DNA of 63,350 bases, filler included, from Octopus bimaculoides (lineage: Eukaryota): NCBI RefSeq assembly GCF_001194135.2. It is 5 parts of 4 records of this genome, joined end to end, with 100 filler letters (N's around TTAATTAATTAA, not from the genome) between each part and the next. Parts side by side here need not be neighbours in the genome. Positions count along the whole stretch, not along the records: positions 1 to 20,048 come from NC_068987.1; positions 20,149 to 35,280 come from NC_068984.1; 3 more parts are not named here. One strand, 5' to 3'. Below the pieces are notes generated by a model. The model searched no databases and was not told the origin of the DNA. It saw only the letters and a program-made list of their open reading frames with translations. The translations under genes were made by a program, and so were the position numbers. Of the stretch, positions 11,260 through 23,920 are shown one piece after another (the first letter of the stretch is position 1; every line of letters starts with the position of its first letter).

Positions 11260-11787
11260 TCATTCAGTTTTATTTCAAGATTTCTTGCCAACAGAGAAAG
11301 AATCGGTTTCTAACTTAGATCCAAAGCTCCTTTATTGGAATTGCAACATCAACAGTGTATGTATGTATGTATGTATGTATGTATGTATGTATGTATGTAT
11401 GTATGTATGTATGTATGCATGTATGTATGTATGTATGCATGTATGTATGTATGTATGTATGTATGTATGTATATATATATGTATGTATGCTGTGTTCTAT
11501 GTATGTATTCTCATGCATATAATTGCATATCTAGACATGCTCATATATACTTAAATGATAAACTTCTGGAAAGTTTTACATATTTTTACAGTTCCAGTGA
11601 TGACTTGGATTTGTAGTCTTCGAATCAGCTTTCTCCTTTCTGGTTTTGAGAAGCCTAATTTATCAAGATTAGTATTTAGGCAGTGTATTATAAATCCCAG
11701 TGCCCCAATAATTACAGGTATAAACCTGAACTTGTAATCGGTATAGAGTAGCTGTAGATTCCTCAGTAGGTTCAGAGTAGGTACTTT
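11260..11787 (-). mobile_element. 5'-truncated R4/Dong-like RLE retrotransposon, copy 2
   Basis: Colinear with 9361-9776 (LLRNLQLLYR.YKFRFIPVIIGALG...; same 3'UTR). (TATG)n at 11248-11259 and 11788-11811. Confidence 0.8.
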
Positions 11788-13153
11788 TATGTATGTATGT
11801 ATGTATGTATGTTTTCATGCATGTAATAGTTTCATATTAAGTGCATACATTGCACAGCGCAAACGGTTACCTGCAACTATCCTCTCGTCAGGTGAAGAGA
11901 AGTCGCTAGTGAATCGTTTTGAAATTTGAGACGAAGAGCTTCGATTGTTAGGAATGTGGAGGGATGTGTCGTTTTCCTTTTTTGGAATTGTGTAAGTGGC
12001 TAAGTCGTTGATGTACGATGAAATTACCTGACTGTTTACACCAGTGTTTCCTAACTTATTTTCCCCCAGGCCCCCACTATAACTTTCCAGAAAAATGTAT
12101 GCCCCACCGGCGGATGGAAAAAAAATATAGGCTCAACAAGGAGATCTAGGATTAACCATAAAACAAGATGGATGGATGATATCCATATCTCTGTTGGTTA
12201 CGTTCTGGAATCCAGCCGGAAAATCTAATGACATTTGTTTCTGATAGGACTCTATGGAGGAGGTACCTGAGGACTCTACTCGCACGATCCTCCCAAAAAC
12301 GGTAGACGAAGAGGATGGATGGATGGCGGGAAGGATGGATCGAGGGAGAGAGGGAGAGAGGGAGGAAGGGGTGGATGGATGGATAGATGAAGTATTAAAA
12401 AATGTAGCGAAACCATTATTAAAAAATAAGATTTGCAGAAGACTGAGTCTTCAGTGACGTTTATACCATATTGTAAGTATAATATAAACGAAATACTGCG
12501 TGTAATTGAAAGGTATCTATTGTCTCAGCTAGGTAGAAAGGTAGGCGGAGAAAGTTACTTTTGTCGTTATTGTTGTTTAACCCTAGGTCGACCGTATTTG
12601 AGTAGATCAATGTTTATGATCAAAGATATTCCAGCTAGCTCCTAACTGTTTAGAAACAAAACTACATTATCCAGTGTATCTTCCATTAGAAAAGATAGTA
12701 GTGAATGATATAATGGAGATTTGGGCTGCTATTTCTAGTAAGTCAAGCAACTATGTTCAGGCTACTTCATTGGCTCAGAGCAGAGTAAGAGTCAAAGCAA
12801 AATTGGGTATCGAAACCACAAATTCAAAGATGAGCAGTGGTAGGTGTTATTACTATTATACAGCGTTGGTGCAGAGAAAATCCAACTAATCGATAAAAAC
12901 CTGTGACCTTCACCCTACAACAAAAAGTGGAACGCTCTTGTCTCGCCTAGGAAATTTGATGTATGTTATTGTTACGATGGTGTATCCCCGCATCAGCTTT
13001 GATTGAACCTTCCAGGCGTGACTCAAGAACATGTTGCTTTTGCTTAGTTTAGAGGCCTCATGCATACTCCGACTTGAAATGGTTGCTCGTAAGGAGAACA
13101 GTGTGAAACAGTCAAGACATGTTGTATTCTGAGAGGTAACATTTATCTCCACT

Positions 13154-13366
13154 AAGGTAACGAGCAGGCAGAATCGTTAATACGCCAAGTGAGATGCTTA
13201 ACATCACTTCGTCCGTCTTCATGTTCTGAGTTCAAATTCCACCGAAGTCGACTTTTCTTTTTATCATTTCGGGGTCGATAAAATAAGTACCAGGTGAGTA
13301 CTGGGGTCGTGTAATCGACTTACGTGCTGCCCTGAAATTGCTGGCCTTGTGCCAAAATTTGAAATC
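13154..13366 (+). mobile_element. SINE family C
   Basis: ggcagaatcgttaatacgcc...gttctgagttcaaattccaccgaagtcgac...tttcggggtcgataaaataagtaccagg...tggccttgtgccaaaatttgaaa. Confidence 0.8.
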
Positions 13367-13744
13367 GGTATTTATACCCACTTAAGTGTGGCTGTTCTGT
13401 TAGAACAAATTATACTGCGGTAGATACCTCGAGAGAAACTCTCATGTTGTATTCTCTCCTCTGCCCTGTCTGTTTATGTGCATTTGTTGTTGAAGTTGCT
13501 ATTTATCCCCGAGAGATCACTGACCAAGCGACTTAATATCACAGGTGCTCCAGCCTGGTTATCCTGTTTTTTTTCTATTTTGTATCAAATCTAGAGAGTT
13601 TGGGACTGAATCACTCAATGTACCTTTGTAAAAAGACCAATAAGAATTAATTTAAGGATGGTCTACCTGCTATTTTTCGCATGTCAAGCAACCATATAAT
13701 GGTTCCTTCATATACTCGTTTGTAAGCCTGTACTTTCTGGTCGT

Positions 13745-14144
13745 ATGGAGGCGCAATGGCCCAGTGGTTAGGGCAACGGACTCGCGGTCATAAGATCGCG
13801 GTTTCGATTCCCAGACCGGCCGTTGTGAGTGTTTATTGAGCGAAAACACCTAAAAGCTCCACGAGGATCCAGCAGGAGATGGTGGCGAACCCCTGCTGTA
13901 CTCTTTCACCACAACTTTCTCTCACTCTTACTTCCTGTTTCTGTTGTGCCTGCAATTCAAAGGGTCAGCCATGTCACACTGTGTCACGCTGAATATCCCC
14001 GAGAACTACGTTAAAGGTACACGTGTCTGTGGAGTGCTCAGCCACTTGCACGTTAATTTCACGAGCAGGCTGTTCCGTTGATCGGATCAACTGGAACCCT
14101 CGACGTTGTAAGCGACGGAGTGCCAGCCAGCCAGCCAGCCAGCC
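13745..14144 (+). mobile_element. SINE family B (tRNA-derived), full length with 13-bp TSD
   Basis: A box tggcccagtgg, B box ggtttcgattccc, (CCAG)n tail. TSD actttctggtcgt at 13732-13744 and 14145-14157. Confidence 0.9.
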
Positions 14145-15039
14145 ACTTTCTGGTCGTGAGTGAAGCGGAGTCGGGAGATTTGGCTTCCATCTACGTGTAA
14201 CAGTTGCTGTTTATATGCACATACCTGAAATAGAGTCGAAGGTTTATTCTGAAGTCGTCAATCTTGCAGGTAAACTTATTTTGGTTGTGGGTGTTGGATT
14301 TATTATTATCACCTTGAAATATCTTGTGTTATCTTCTTTAGTGTTGTGTGACCCGCTCTTCTTAGTAATACCACGAAGTAGGGAAAGGTGGTGTGGGTGA
14401 GGCATAGGAATCTGCATTTTAAAGGAGGAGGTGGATTGCTAAAAAAAGAAATATTCGTATTATCTGATACACCCTGAGATTTGATTTTATCTAAAATATT
14501 CCAGACTTAAGGAGTTTCAAATTTCCAAAATGTTTCAAAATTTTCTTTTTAGATGTTTTAATATAGACATATCAATTTGATAAGTGACTCAGTTGAAATG
14601 TAGAATAGACGTAATTCTAATTAGAACGGTTTACATAGAGAAACATATAGCCTTTAGATAATTTTAAGAGAAATTTACCATTAATTTAGGCACGAGACAT
14701 AAAAATAAATGTTTTTTTTTTCACTGAAAAGAGAAAAATGTATGTGATCTCGTTACGTTCAGTTAATTATCATTAATATAACATGTTCCATATCTTTTCT
14801 TATTAATTTATTACAAGAGCAATGTTCAACAACTGGATATGTTTTATTAATTGCCTCATATACTTAAATGCGGTTTAATGAAATAAATTAGATTGTCTGT
14901 TACAAAGTGAGGGCAGCAACCTCTGCGGAAACGGTGAATCATGAGATTAAATAACTTGGGATATTTACTGTCGTCCCGTTATATCTTCAGTTCAAATCTG
15001 TAATCCATTGCTGTAGCCTTACCAAATATTCATTAACTA

Positions 15040-15450
15040 TTCAAAATGCCATGCACTTTGAATTAAAGACCCGGTGAGGTTAACTTCGTCTTTCATTCTT
15101 TCGGGGTCGATTAATAAAGTACCAGTCCCGTACAAGAGTCGATTTCTCTTTTTCTTTAGATTGTACATGTTCTTTAAAGTCTTGTCACGTCGTGCATACA
15201 GAGTACAGATGTTTGAGGAATCCTCAGCCACTAATACGCTAATCTCACGAGTAGGAAAAGTACAGGATGATAGAATCGTTAGCATGCCGGTCAAAAGCTT
15301 AGTCACATTTCTTACGGCTTTACATTTTTAGTTCAAATTCCGTCGAGGTTGGCTTTACCTTTCATCCTCTCGGGGTCAATAAAATAAGTACCCATTGAGC
15401 ACTGAGATTGATCTAATTAATTAGCCCCAGCTCCTAAAATTTCAGGCTTT
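15040..15450 (+). mobile_element. Two degenerate SINE family C copies
   Basis: cattctttcggggtcgattaataaagtaccag (about 15093-15124) and ttagttcaaattccgtcgaggttggctttacctttcatcctctcggggtcaataaaataagtacc (about 15329-15391). Confidence 0.6.
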
Positions 15451-16966
15451 GTGCATAAACAGAAAGAAAACTTTTACGAGTAGGAATTCAGTTGCGCGAA
15501 CAAATGAATGCTCATCGCCGACATCGATTGAGTGACAGTCGATAAAGTTGACTTTTTCTTTCATCTCTCCAGGTTCGATAAAATAAATACCAAAAATTAA
15601 GGTGCTTGGTGAATCAACAATGCCCTTTGTTTCTTGCTAACCCTTTAAATATTCAGTAATTTGCCGAAAGTATGCCGAGAGACGGATGTCGTTTATAAGT
15701 GATGCTGGTTGTTTTACCATATTTAGAAGGGATAAAATTCCATTTTTAACATCAGTATTTCCTGGCATAAAAGTCGTCACTATCTTGCCAAATCTTGCTT
15801 GATTTCACAAGGGATTTAGGGGCCTCTAAAGTGTATAAGTCAACCTATCTTTTTTTATTGTAAATTTTAGTCTGAAAAATTCGACTTGCATGTTGGAAAA
15901 TAAGGTATTAATTTTCACGATATTTTTGCAGCCAGAATAACATGTCAAAAAGATTAATTAGTGTAGCTAATGGTTAATTAGTCAGGATGACATGCCCACA
16001 CATTAATTAATGTCACTAAAGGGTTAGCCAGACTGAGATATATGCTCAAACATTTATTACGAGTAGTGTGTCTAAAGAGTTAAACTTGCATTTCTATATT
16101 TAAATATCATTTGTCATAATTAATTTTATAATTATTATTGTTTGTTTTTCTTCTCTCTCGACTTGCAACCATTATTTACAAATTATTTGGCAGACCCACA
16201 AATATCCTTGATACTCCATCAAAATGAAATAACAATAGCAAAATCACAAAAAGAAACAAAGAACTAATAGAAAATAATCAGGAACAACAAATAAAGCAAT
16301 TTTTTTTTTTTTTCAGATAATTCTTTCGGATGCTGTCTTTTTTATTTTTTTTTATTTTACATCGAGTAGCTGTAACATTTTGCATGTAGCGGCAACAGAA
16401 CCACTTCGAATATATGAGAAGTACTGAAAGATGGATTTTACCCGAAAGTGTAGAGACTTGGTAATTGGTCAGTGTTGTAGTATTTTCTTATCCAGAATAA
16501 GAAATATTGTCTCTGGGATGCAGTCTTAGCTATGTTATATAAGTATGGTTACCAACAACGATAAACGGAGATTGTGAGGTTTAACATTTAAAATGACTTT
16601 GAGGATTTTAGCTGCTTGCTGTTCCATTCTAGAGATAGTGAAGTGCAATATTGTTTCTTTGATATGATATGAATTTCTGTTTCTGTACTGTTGGTGATAA
16701 AGTTATATCTAGAATGGGGAATGTTTTCGAGGTGTACGTTTATGGAAGTCGTGCAGGTTTGACGTGAAACATCTTGGTGACATGTGGATTACGTCTGTAT
16801 ACGGAGGAGGAGGAGGAAGTTACAAAATAATGTTATCCCAGAAGTTACAGGATAATGTTATCCAGAAAACGGAAATCTAGTTTGGTTACTTGCAACAAAG
16901 TTAACTCTACTAAAGACACCCAAGAACCAAATGAATGCTGAGTCGGACTGTGTATTGTGCCTACTC

Positions 16967-17224
16967 CAGTGGTTCGGAAGCAAGGTTCACATAACCCTTG
17001 GGGGTCTATATAAAATTTAGCTATTAAAATGTATGTGCAATAATTCGGTTATACTCTTACAATACGCAAAATATCTTAGTTCTTTTTTTTTTACAATTCC
17101 CAATGATATTTAATTATATAAATATAATAGGTCTTTTGAAAAACTTTAAATGACTATTGAGGTCAAGTAGAGTAAAATAGGAATCAAAGGGATCCTCGAG
17201 CAAAAAGTGGTTGAGTACACCTTG
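16967..17224. mobile_element. Possible degenerate hAT (Charlie-like) MITE
   Basis: Begins cagtggttc...ataacccttgggggtc and ends gggatcctcgagcaaaaagtggttgagtacaccttg. This resembles CAGTGGTTCTCAAC-type termini, but the TIR match is poor. Confidence 0.3.
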
Positions 17225-17320
17225 TCTACTCTTACCTCCTTAAAAGAAACAATAGTATTTTAGCGTAGCATCAGAGACTGGAGAGGTTATCTTACTAGAC
17301 TTTTCTGACCTTTGATTCTA

Positions 17321-17447
17321 CAGGGTCTCCACAAAGTCTGGGTAAATGGAGTAAATAATATCATAACATAAACAATTAAATATAAGAAATAATGATTTCT
17401 TAAAGTATGTGTTAATCCCCATGTACCCAGACTGTGTGGATACCCTG
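17321..17447. mobile_element. 127-bp Tc1/mariner-type MITE
   Basis: TIRs cagggtctccacaaagtctgggta / tacccagactgtgtggataccctg with TA on both sides. Confidence 0.85.
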
Positions 17448-17699
17448 TATATCTTAAAGTATAAAAAAATAACTCGTTGAAAATTCATTCTTTTCTCTAC
17501 TAATTTACGCAGCAAAAGGTGTAGCGAAACTGAACTCTTGACTGTGCTGACAGTTTTTGTTACTCTTTGGGGTGACACACTGTCGCCAGTTTTAGGGTCT
17601 CATAGTAGGACTTGAACATAATATTGCCATCTTATGAAACAATATTGGAATGGTAGTGGTAGTGTTGGAAGTGGTGGTCGTATTGGTGGATGTGATAAT

Positions 17700-18100
17700 G
17701 GAAGATTGTTACCTAACCTCATAGTTTCGGGTTCAGTCCTAGCGCTTGGCACCTTGTGCTAGTGTCTTCTACTATAGCTGTGACCAAAGCCTTGTAAATG
17801 GATTTGGTAGACGGAAACTGAAAGAAGCCCGTCGTATACATATGTGTGTGTGTGTGCGTGTGTGTGTGTGTGTGTGTGTCTTTATGCCAGTGCTTGTCTT
17901 CCACCAACGCTTGAGGACCGGTGTACGTGTATTTACATCTCCGTAACTTAATACTTCGGTAAAAGAGACCAATAGAATAACTTCCAGGCTTCAAACAAAA
18001 CAAAAAAAGGTTCTAGGGTTTATTCTTTCGACTAAAATTCTTCAAGATAGTGCCCCAGCATGGCCTCGGTTTGATGACTAAAACGAGTAAAAGATAAAAG
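17700..18100 (+). mobile_element. SINE family A with internal (TG)n
   Basis: gggttcagtcc...ggcaccttgtgctagtgtcttctactatagc...agacggaaactgaaagaagcccgtcg-(TG)n-...gactaaaacgagtaaaagataaaaga. Confidence 0.8.
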
Positions 18101-18419
18101 ATCTTATAGCACTCACGCTACCAAAATTAATGAGATGTTTCTATGGTACTTATTTACAGGTAAGTGGACTGTGTAAGTAAAAAATAAGTCTTGGTATCCA
18201 CGATTTTCGTTTTTTTTTTTTTCATTGGTTTTAGTCGGTGTACCAAAGTGATCAACAAGGATTTGCAAAACTCATTGTAATGACAGAGTAATCTTAGCAC
18301 AATATATACAAGCTTCACACACACACACACGCATACAAGGTGCCGCGCTGCGGGATCATAATAGAAATCAAGTGATTATGACGCAAATATCTTAACCAGA
18401 CGATTAAAGGTGTGCTTCT

Positions 18420-19618
18420 ACTTAATACGGTGGTTTCCTATTTAGGTACAAGGCAAACAATTTTGAAAGGATGGAATAGTCGAAATTAAAACCAACACCG
18501 AAAAGATGAAAGGCAAAGTTGACCTCGGTACGATTTGAGATCAGAACGTAAAGAGTCAGAACAAATACTGCAAAGCAATTGTTCCAATGCCTTGACGAAT
18601 CTACCAGCCTCACCCCCACCTATGGTTTCACATTCTGGCATAAGGCCAGCAAGTTGGTGGGATTGGGGGAGAGATTAATAGATTACACCGACCCCAGTGC
18701 TCAACTAGTTTTTATATTATCAACTCCATAAGGATGAAAAGCAAAGTCGACCTCGGTGGAATTTGATCCCAGTTGGCAAAGCAGAAAGAAATGCCTTTAA
18801 GCAGTTTGTCCGGCGCAGTAACGATTCTACCAGCTCGCCGCTCCTTCTACTTTACATAATCCTGTTTTATTTTGGCACAAGGACAGCAGTTTTGAGGGAA
18901 GCGGTATGTTGATTACTTCGGTCTCTAAGGTTCAGCCGGTACATATTTTATCGAGCCCGAAAAAATGAAAGGCAAAGTCAACATCTGCAGATTTAAACTC
19001 TGAAAGTGAAAAGTCGGAAGAATTTTTGATAAATTTTCAGATTAACACCCGCACGATTTTCACTAGGGTGTTAGGGTTAGAGTTTTAGGGTTAGGATTAG
19101 GGTTAGGGTTACGGACGGAATTTCCTAACCCTAACCTTAAAACCCTAACCCTAACCCTAAAACCCTAACCCTGACTCTAAAACCTTAACCGTAACACCCT
19201 AGTGAAAATCGTGCGGGTGTTAATCTGAAAATTTACCGAATTTTTGTTCGACGCGCTAACAACACAGTCAGCAGCCTCCCTCTACTTTATAAAATGGTTT
19301 CAAATTTTGGCACAAGGCCAGCAAGTTTGCGGGAAGGGGTAAGTCGATTTCATCGACCCTAATGTTCAATTGGTTCATATTTTATCGGCTCCGAAAGAAT
19401 GAAAAGCAAAATCGACCTCGGCGAATTTTGAACTCAGAACGCGAAGAGGATAAATCGATTACATTGGTCCCTAGTGTTCAACTGATACTTATTTAATCGG
19501 CCCCAAAAGGATGAAAGACAAAGTCAACCTCGACGGAATTTGAACTCTGAAAGTAAAAAATCGGAAGAAATGCCAAACAGCATTTTGTTCGACGCACTAA
19601 CGATTCTACTACCTCGCC
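18420..19618 (-). mobile_element. Cluster of about 5 same-orientation SINE family C copies
   Basis: Repeated gatgaaaggcaaagtcgacctcgg...tttgaactc module at about 18505, 18733, 18965, 19400 and 19510. Confidence 0.75.
19028..19237. mobile_element. 210-bp foldback MITE with inverted telomeric (TTAGGG)n/(CCCTAA)n arms
   Basis: Perfect 44-bp TIR (19030-19073 / 19192-19235). TSD gaattttt(g) at 19020-19027 and 19238-19245. It interrupts a SINE C copy. Confidence 0.88.
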
Positions 19619-19995
19619 GCATTCATCTACTTATTATAATAAAAGCAAAAAAGATGCATCATTCGTTGGCGAACTTGCCAAACCACAAGTGAAAATTGCA
19701 GTTCAGCCATACTTTACCAAAATAACTGACAACGTCGTCACACCTAACACAAATTTGCCCCACAAAACACGACAAACAGGATTTTCTCAGCACGTGTGTA
19801 CAATCCCAGCTTTATCATTGGCTGCCTTTGTTTAGTATTGTCGCTGATTGGTAGACGAGCAGAAAAACTAATTTTTTGGTTAACATAGGTATAAGCATAT
19901 TACATACATACATACATACATACACACACATACATACATACATACATACATACATACACATATGCATACATTCACATGCAATAATCCACACGCTC

Positions 19996-20048
<53 letters not shown>

Positions 20049-20319
20049 NNNNNNNNNNNNNNNNNNNNNNNNNNNNNNNNNNNNNNNNNNNNTTAATTAA
20101 TTAANNNNNNNNNNNNNNNNNNNNNNNNNNNNNNNNNNNNNNNNNNNNGTGTGTGTGTGTGTGTCTATGTGTATTTGATTTCCGCTTGTTATGTTCTTTT
20201 TGTCCTACTTTTTGATTTCTCTACGCGGTACACTGTACAACCTGTTGTTTACTTTGTTAAAAGATGTATTCCTTGAATATTTGTACGACTATTACCCTCG
20301 CTTTTCTCCCTTGTTTTTT

Positions 20320-20358
<39 letters not shown>

Positions 20359-21376
20359 TCCCCTCGTTCCGCAGTTCCTCTGCCCTCTTCTACTCTTTCC
20401 CTCTCCTTCCACGTGATCGTTGTCCGGCTAAGACAATGTCGTCCTTTTTCGATTACCCACCGTTCAGGCAAGTTACTTTCGTCTGCTCTCCCACTTGGTC
20501 TGCTAAGATTTTTCATTTTTACTCTTGCGCCAGCTTACTACGTTTGTCTGATTGTCAAAAGACCGTTTCTGTTATTTATGTTGTAATTATTTTCCTTTTT
20601 GTTGTATAGCCGAAAGGCGTTTTGTTGTACGTGTATAATTCTAGCATTCTCGTTTTTGTTTCTGTTCTTGTTTTCTTCTTGTACACAATCGTTTGCTTTT
20701 TCAAGAGGCTTAAATGCTTTTAGCACCTGCTGGATTCGAAAAGTCTCGGTATAAAGGGATGCAAAACAATAATGACTTTCCAGAAACCGACTAAAGTGGA
20801 AATCTGCTGCGAATGGCCCGTATGGCCCGTGTCTCTTGTTTCCGTCCTGTTTGCCGTTCGTTATGTTATCGTCTGTTTTCCGTATGTTGTGTCGACCCCA
20901 GGACTTATTCTTTGTAAGCCTAGTACTTATTCTATCGGTCNNNNNNNNNNATACATACATACATATATTACACACACATATAGATATACAGAGAGAGAAG
21001 GAGAGAAAGAAAGAGGAAAAGAGAGAGAAAGGGGAGACCGATAAGTAGATAGACATGTTTGTATGGTCAGGCATGCCTGTGTGGTAAAAAGTTCTCTTTC
21101 AAAAGACATGGTTCCGAGTTCATTTAAACTGCATGATACCTCTGACAAATGTGTTCTATTATAGTCTCTAATGGAGAAAATTTTGCGCGTGCATTTGGTA
21201 TGTTGAAACCTACAATATATATACCATTGTTAACAATTATATATCCGCTATATCGGAAATCTACAATGGTTCCATAATTCCCGTCTCGCTATAAATTTGG
21301 AACCCTGGTAATCCGTACAGCTCTCACCCAGCGTACCTAGTTGTTTAGAACACTTGTGAACTAAGCCCGCATATTT

Positions 21377-21460
<84 letters not shown>

Positions 21461-21897
21461 TGTGAGTGTGTGTGTGTATACGTGTGTGTGTGTGAGTGTG
21501 TGTGTGTATTATTATGCATCTATCGTTATTCTTTCTGTTTAAATAATTCTAGATACACACACACGCACACGCACACACATACACACACGCACACATATAT
21601 ACATATACATACACACATGTATAGATACACACATATATATATACACACATACACACAGAACAGATATAAAGATAGATAACTACATACACACACACATACA
21701 TACACACATATAGACATACACACAGAACAGATATAGACAGACATCTGGACAGAGACACAGAGAAGTCAGTAAGAATGAGAGCGAGGACATTGTAATAATC
21801 ACTTTTCTCTCTCAGTCCCTCTTCGGATGAGTGTTTATTTTCGCATATATTTATATACATACCTATTTATTTATGTGTATGGCTATGTGTGTGTGTG

Positions 21898-21964
<67 letters not shown>

Positions 21965-22289
21965 GTGTCTGTGTCTGTGTGTGTAGATATATATGTTAAT
22001 GTTTTGTCTGTACGTCAAATTTTATATAAAAAGAAATTAACTGAAGGATTTCTCTATACTTTTTAGTGGGACATATTTATTAACTCTTACAGTAAAAAGG
22101 TTAACAGTGGCTTCGAATTCCCGCTTACTCTCATCACAGTGTACATAAAACATATACATATGTAGAAACTATCTCTCCTGTTCCATACAAACAATGCTAT
22201 AATTACCTATGCAGTAATGAAAATATATCATACAGAAATGCTGTAAATAAATAGAGTGACCCGAGAAAAATATGTGACTTAGAAATATA

Positions 22290-23920
22290 TGGCAGTCGGG
22301 GGTCCCATTTTACAAGAAGATAATATCCTCATATGTATTTGTAGCACCAGTGCTGATACTAATATTTTGGAATACTTGATTGGTCTATAGAGAAAATCCA
22401 CTCCATGGGTATTAAAATCCAGGAGATCCTGACATCATCTGTTCAGAAAAAGTGATATGAAGTGCTCTACCTAAGAAGCGACGGAATAGGTGGAGGTTTG
22501 ATATCAATACAGACCACCTTCGAGTGTTGAACAGTAACTCTTAAACGGTACCTTCTAAGCAACTGCAACAGCTAAACAACAACACCAAAAAGTATATAGA
22601 CTTGACGCTGAAAGGCGAGAACAATATCCTACGAGTAAGCAGTGAGCTCCTCAGGAAATATTCACTTTCTGACGACCTCCCATACAACCCCAAAGCGGCT
22701 GGATTGATACAAAAAAATGACCAGGACATGAAACACACAGCATACCAAAAAAGAACATGCATTTGTATGTTTCCTGTAGATTTGAAGATGCCACTAATAT
22801 CGACTCGAAGTGCTTCCTTTCTTTTATTCGCACAGTTACATTACATCACAGTTCGAAGGTTTTACGCTTGCAATCCAAGAGCAACTGCTACCTAACAAAT
22901 GCCTAAAGAACAAAAGAGACAGTGATGCCATTGAAAACTCAAGATGCAACAGGAATTCTTGATTATGTCACATTTCTGTGTAAGACATCACACATGAAAT
23001 CAGAAGCAGTCGAAAAATGTCATCGAAGCACTATCCCTGAATGCGACATGATGTTGTATTAAAACAATATGAAATTCCATCCTATGAAGTGTCTGCCATA
23101 GGATCCATAGGATAAATAGATAGACTCCTTGCGTTACTGAAAACATGCATAAAACATCACCATAAACAATATCAGTAGAACAAATCTACTAAAACTTCCA
23201 CCAAGCACAAACATAACAGGCCGCTTGCAGTTGCTTGGGACAGACAAGTATTTGTACGTACTGTCATAGAGGCCAGCTGCCCTACTAATGTGAAAAATCT
23301 CTTAAAAAGTCAAATAAAAAGATCGTAAATACGGATAACTGCTTCGAATCCTTCATATTTTTATACTCAGAATATAAACAATCACAGTGGAGGCGCAATG
23401 GGCTCACGGTCATAGGATCGCGGTTTCGATTCCCAGACCGGGCGTTGTGTTTATTGAGCGAAAACACCTAAAGCTCCACGAGGCTCCGGCAAGGGATGGT
23501 GGTGAACCCTGCTGTACTCTTTCACCACAACTTTCTCTCACTCTTACTTCCTGACTCTGTTGTGCCTGTAATTCAAAGGGTCAGCCTTGTCACAATCTGT
23601 GTCACGCTGAATATCCCCGAGAACTACGTTAAGGGTACACGTGTCTGTGGAGTGCTCAGCCACTTGCACGTTAATTTCACGAGCAGGCTGTTCCGTTGAT
23701 CGGATCAACTGGAACCATTGACGTCGTAAGCGACAGAGTGCCAACAACAACAACAAGCAATCACATTTACACTAATAATAAATGGTGGATTTGGATTGTT
23801 AGTAAATGTCTAGGTCACCATCTTGAAAGGCTGGGATTTTCAGAAATAGAAATCAACCATTACAAATATAATTTGTAAGCAGAATAGTAAAAGTATGCAA
23901 GATTTTCCTCAAGTTCAACA
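22290..23920 (+). mobile_element. Decayed R4/Dong-like RLE retrotransposon ORF (C-terminal half), interrupted by a SINE B
   Basis: Frameshifted motifs LYLRSDGIGGGLISIQTTFE, RHDVVLK, KHNRP, VIEASCPTNV, LLRILHILYSEYK, KCLGHHLERLGFSEIE and VCKIFLKFNM*. Confidence 0.75.
23387..23757 (+). mobile_element. SINE family B with 8-bp TSD
   Basis: ggaggcgcaatgg...gtgccaacaacaacaac; TSD caatcaca at 23379-23386 and 23758-23765. Confidence 0.88.

Noticed and set aside
15641-16023. piggyBac-like MITE (ccctttaa...ctaaaggg)
   Set aside because: Only about 8 bp of terminal match, and the flanks are CTAA/TTAG rather than a TTAA duplication.
20093-20104. TTAATTAATTAA islands inside N runs (also about 35325, 50899 and 57963)
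   Set aside because: The identical 12-mer centred in gaps has stops in all six frames; it is an assembly spacer, not biology.
20436-21074. Short ORFs (MSSFFDYPPF..., and the 178-aa minus ORF) as host exons
   Set aside because: No recognisable homology; the long one crosses a gap and a SINE fragment.
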